Positions 62,865 to 64,000 of a stretch of DNA of 64,000 bases are shown here, one piece after another. The translations under genes were made by a program, and so were the position numbers. Origin of the DNA: Epiperipatus broadwayi (taxonomy: Eukaryota > Animalia > Onychophora). The first letter of the stretch is position 1; the number at the start of each line of letters is the position of its first letter. The notes under the pieces are model-generated. The model saw only the letters and a list, made by a program, of their open reading frames with translations. It did no database searches and was not told the DNA's origin. The stretch covers positions 19,344,001 through 19,408,000 of the forward strand of contig JAQFVV010000006.1 in the NCBI GenBank assembly GCA_028023455.1. The letters are read 5' to 3'.

Positions 62865-63446
62865 ATGTTCGACAACTTAAATATCTTTATGGGACAATAC
62901 ACTATTTCCATATACAATAAACTCTTTAAAGTTCAAAATTTGAGTGCTTTCTTTGCACACACAATTTATACATTTAATTAAATATTATTCCACGATTAAT
63001 TGCCACTTGGAATTTTTGTTAATTAACCTTTTCTTTGGTAATTATTTAACCAACAACAAATACTTTTTTCACCCATCCTCACTTGACTATTTGGGGTTTA
63101 TTTATATTCTGCTTATTATATGCAAATGCTTTTATTTGCATACAAATTTTATTTCAATTAAATTTTTCTATTGCCACGATTTCTTTGTAGATTTTCTAGA
63201 GTTGAGATTTTTAAACAAAGGAAATGTGAAAAAATCACAAAGTTACAAAAATATCTTTATTTACACATATTTTTATATGCTCAGACATTCCACTACTTCC
63301 TCTACACAAGAAATAATGGACTCAGTAGCATACATAGCTCTAAACTTGTCAGCTGGTCTATATATTGTAACATTTCGTCACTTTGGTATTCATTTTTAAA
63401 TCTTTTTTTTATTATTGTCAGACATAAATACTTGTCTTTATCCTAA
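62865..63446 (+). pseudogene. Third GR-like membrane-protein remnant (frameshifted)
   Basis: ATG 62865 (MFDNLNIFMGQY...), then a 151-aa hydrophobic ORF and an overlapping 91-aa ORF ending SLWYSFLNLFFIIVRHKY. An open frame this long is unusual at this AT content. Confidence 0.35.
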
Positions 63447-63487
63447 CTAAATTTTATGATTATACTCTCTTCCCAAGGGTAAATTTA

Positions 63488-63882
63488 TGTAGTGACGTGT
63501 ACCTTATTGGAAGCCCTTCCCATACAAAATTTTCCCATAATATTGAGTCATTCTCCCCTCTGATGAAATTTTCCCAAATTCTGGGTCATTCAAAAGGGGT
63601 TAGAGAAGGAGCTGACTGCACAACACATGTATATAAGAAAATTGCAATGATTTGAACCCTCCCAGCTTTAACTTTATTTCTAAGTAGATCTCCACGGTAA
63701 TGTTTTTCGTTTTGCTAGGCCTCTTATACGCTAATATAAACTGCGCGTGAGTTGATCAAGCTATGTCAAAAAAGAAGAAAGTTATATTTCTATTCTAAAA
63801 ACATAGCTATATTTCCTGATCAACTCAGCCTAGAATTATTGCTAAGTACAATCGTGAGCTGACTCAGTTTTTAATTTCTACA
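63488..63882. mobile_element. Putative LTR
   Basis: Begins TGTAG and ends CTACA (5-bp terminal inverted repeat), CpG-retaining. PBS not convincing. Confidence 0.35.
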
Positions 63883-64000
63883 TGAGGGCGCCAGAGTCGT
63901 TAGACCCACTGAGTCGGCATCAAACATATTGTAACTCATAAACTAAACAGAAAAAAAAGTGCTTTTAAACTAATCGGTATTACCTCCTACTGTAACGAGA

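Overview
Strongly AT-rich, CpG-depleted eukaryotic DNA, most likely an invertebrate (arthropod-like; this is an inference). No prokaryotic operons, CRISPR arrays or rRNA genes are visible. Most of the window is decayed transposons. These include a near full-length APE-type LINE with a PHD + SGNH-esterase ORF1 (~12.5-17.1 kb, minus) plus a 5'-truncated sister copy, two RTE-clade 3' fragments, and three Mag-like Ty3/gypsy LTR relics. One LTR relic has both LTRs, a 5-bp TSD, PBS and PPT. Another is non-autonomous and carries a ~145-bp tandem array in which every unit repeats the LTR terminus plus PBS. There are also a 47-bp satellite with an alternating dimeric pattern and at least seven fold-back inverted repeats. 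Several fold-backs belong to small repeat families carrying minimal type I hammerhead-ribozyme motifs (retrozyme/Penelope-like). Host-gene candidates are a BED zinc-finger first coding exon (25099-24644, minus, perfect donor site), three or four broken 7TM chemoreceptor (gustatory receptor-like) remnants, and a truncated tRNA-Gly(TCC) copy. All protein assignments come from motif recognition by eye and need HMM confirmation. Coordinates of degenerate elements are approximate.
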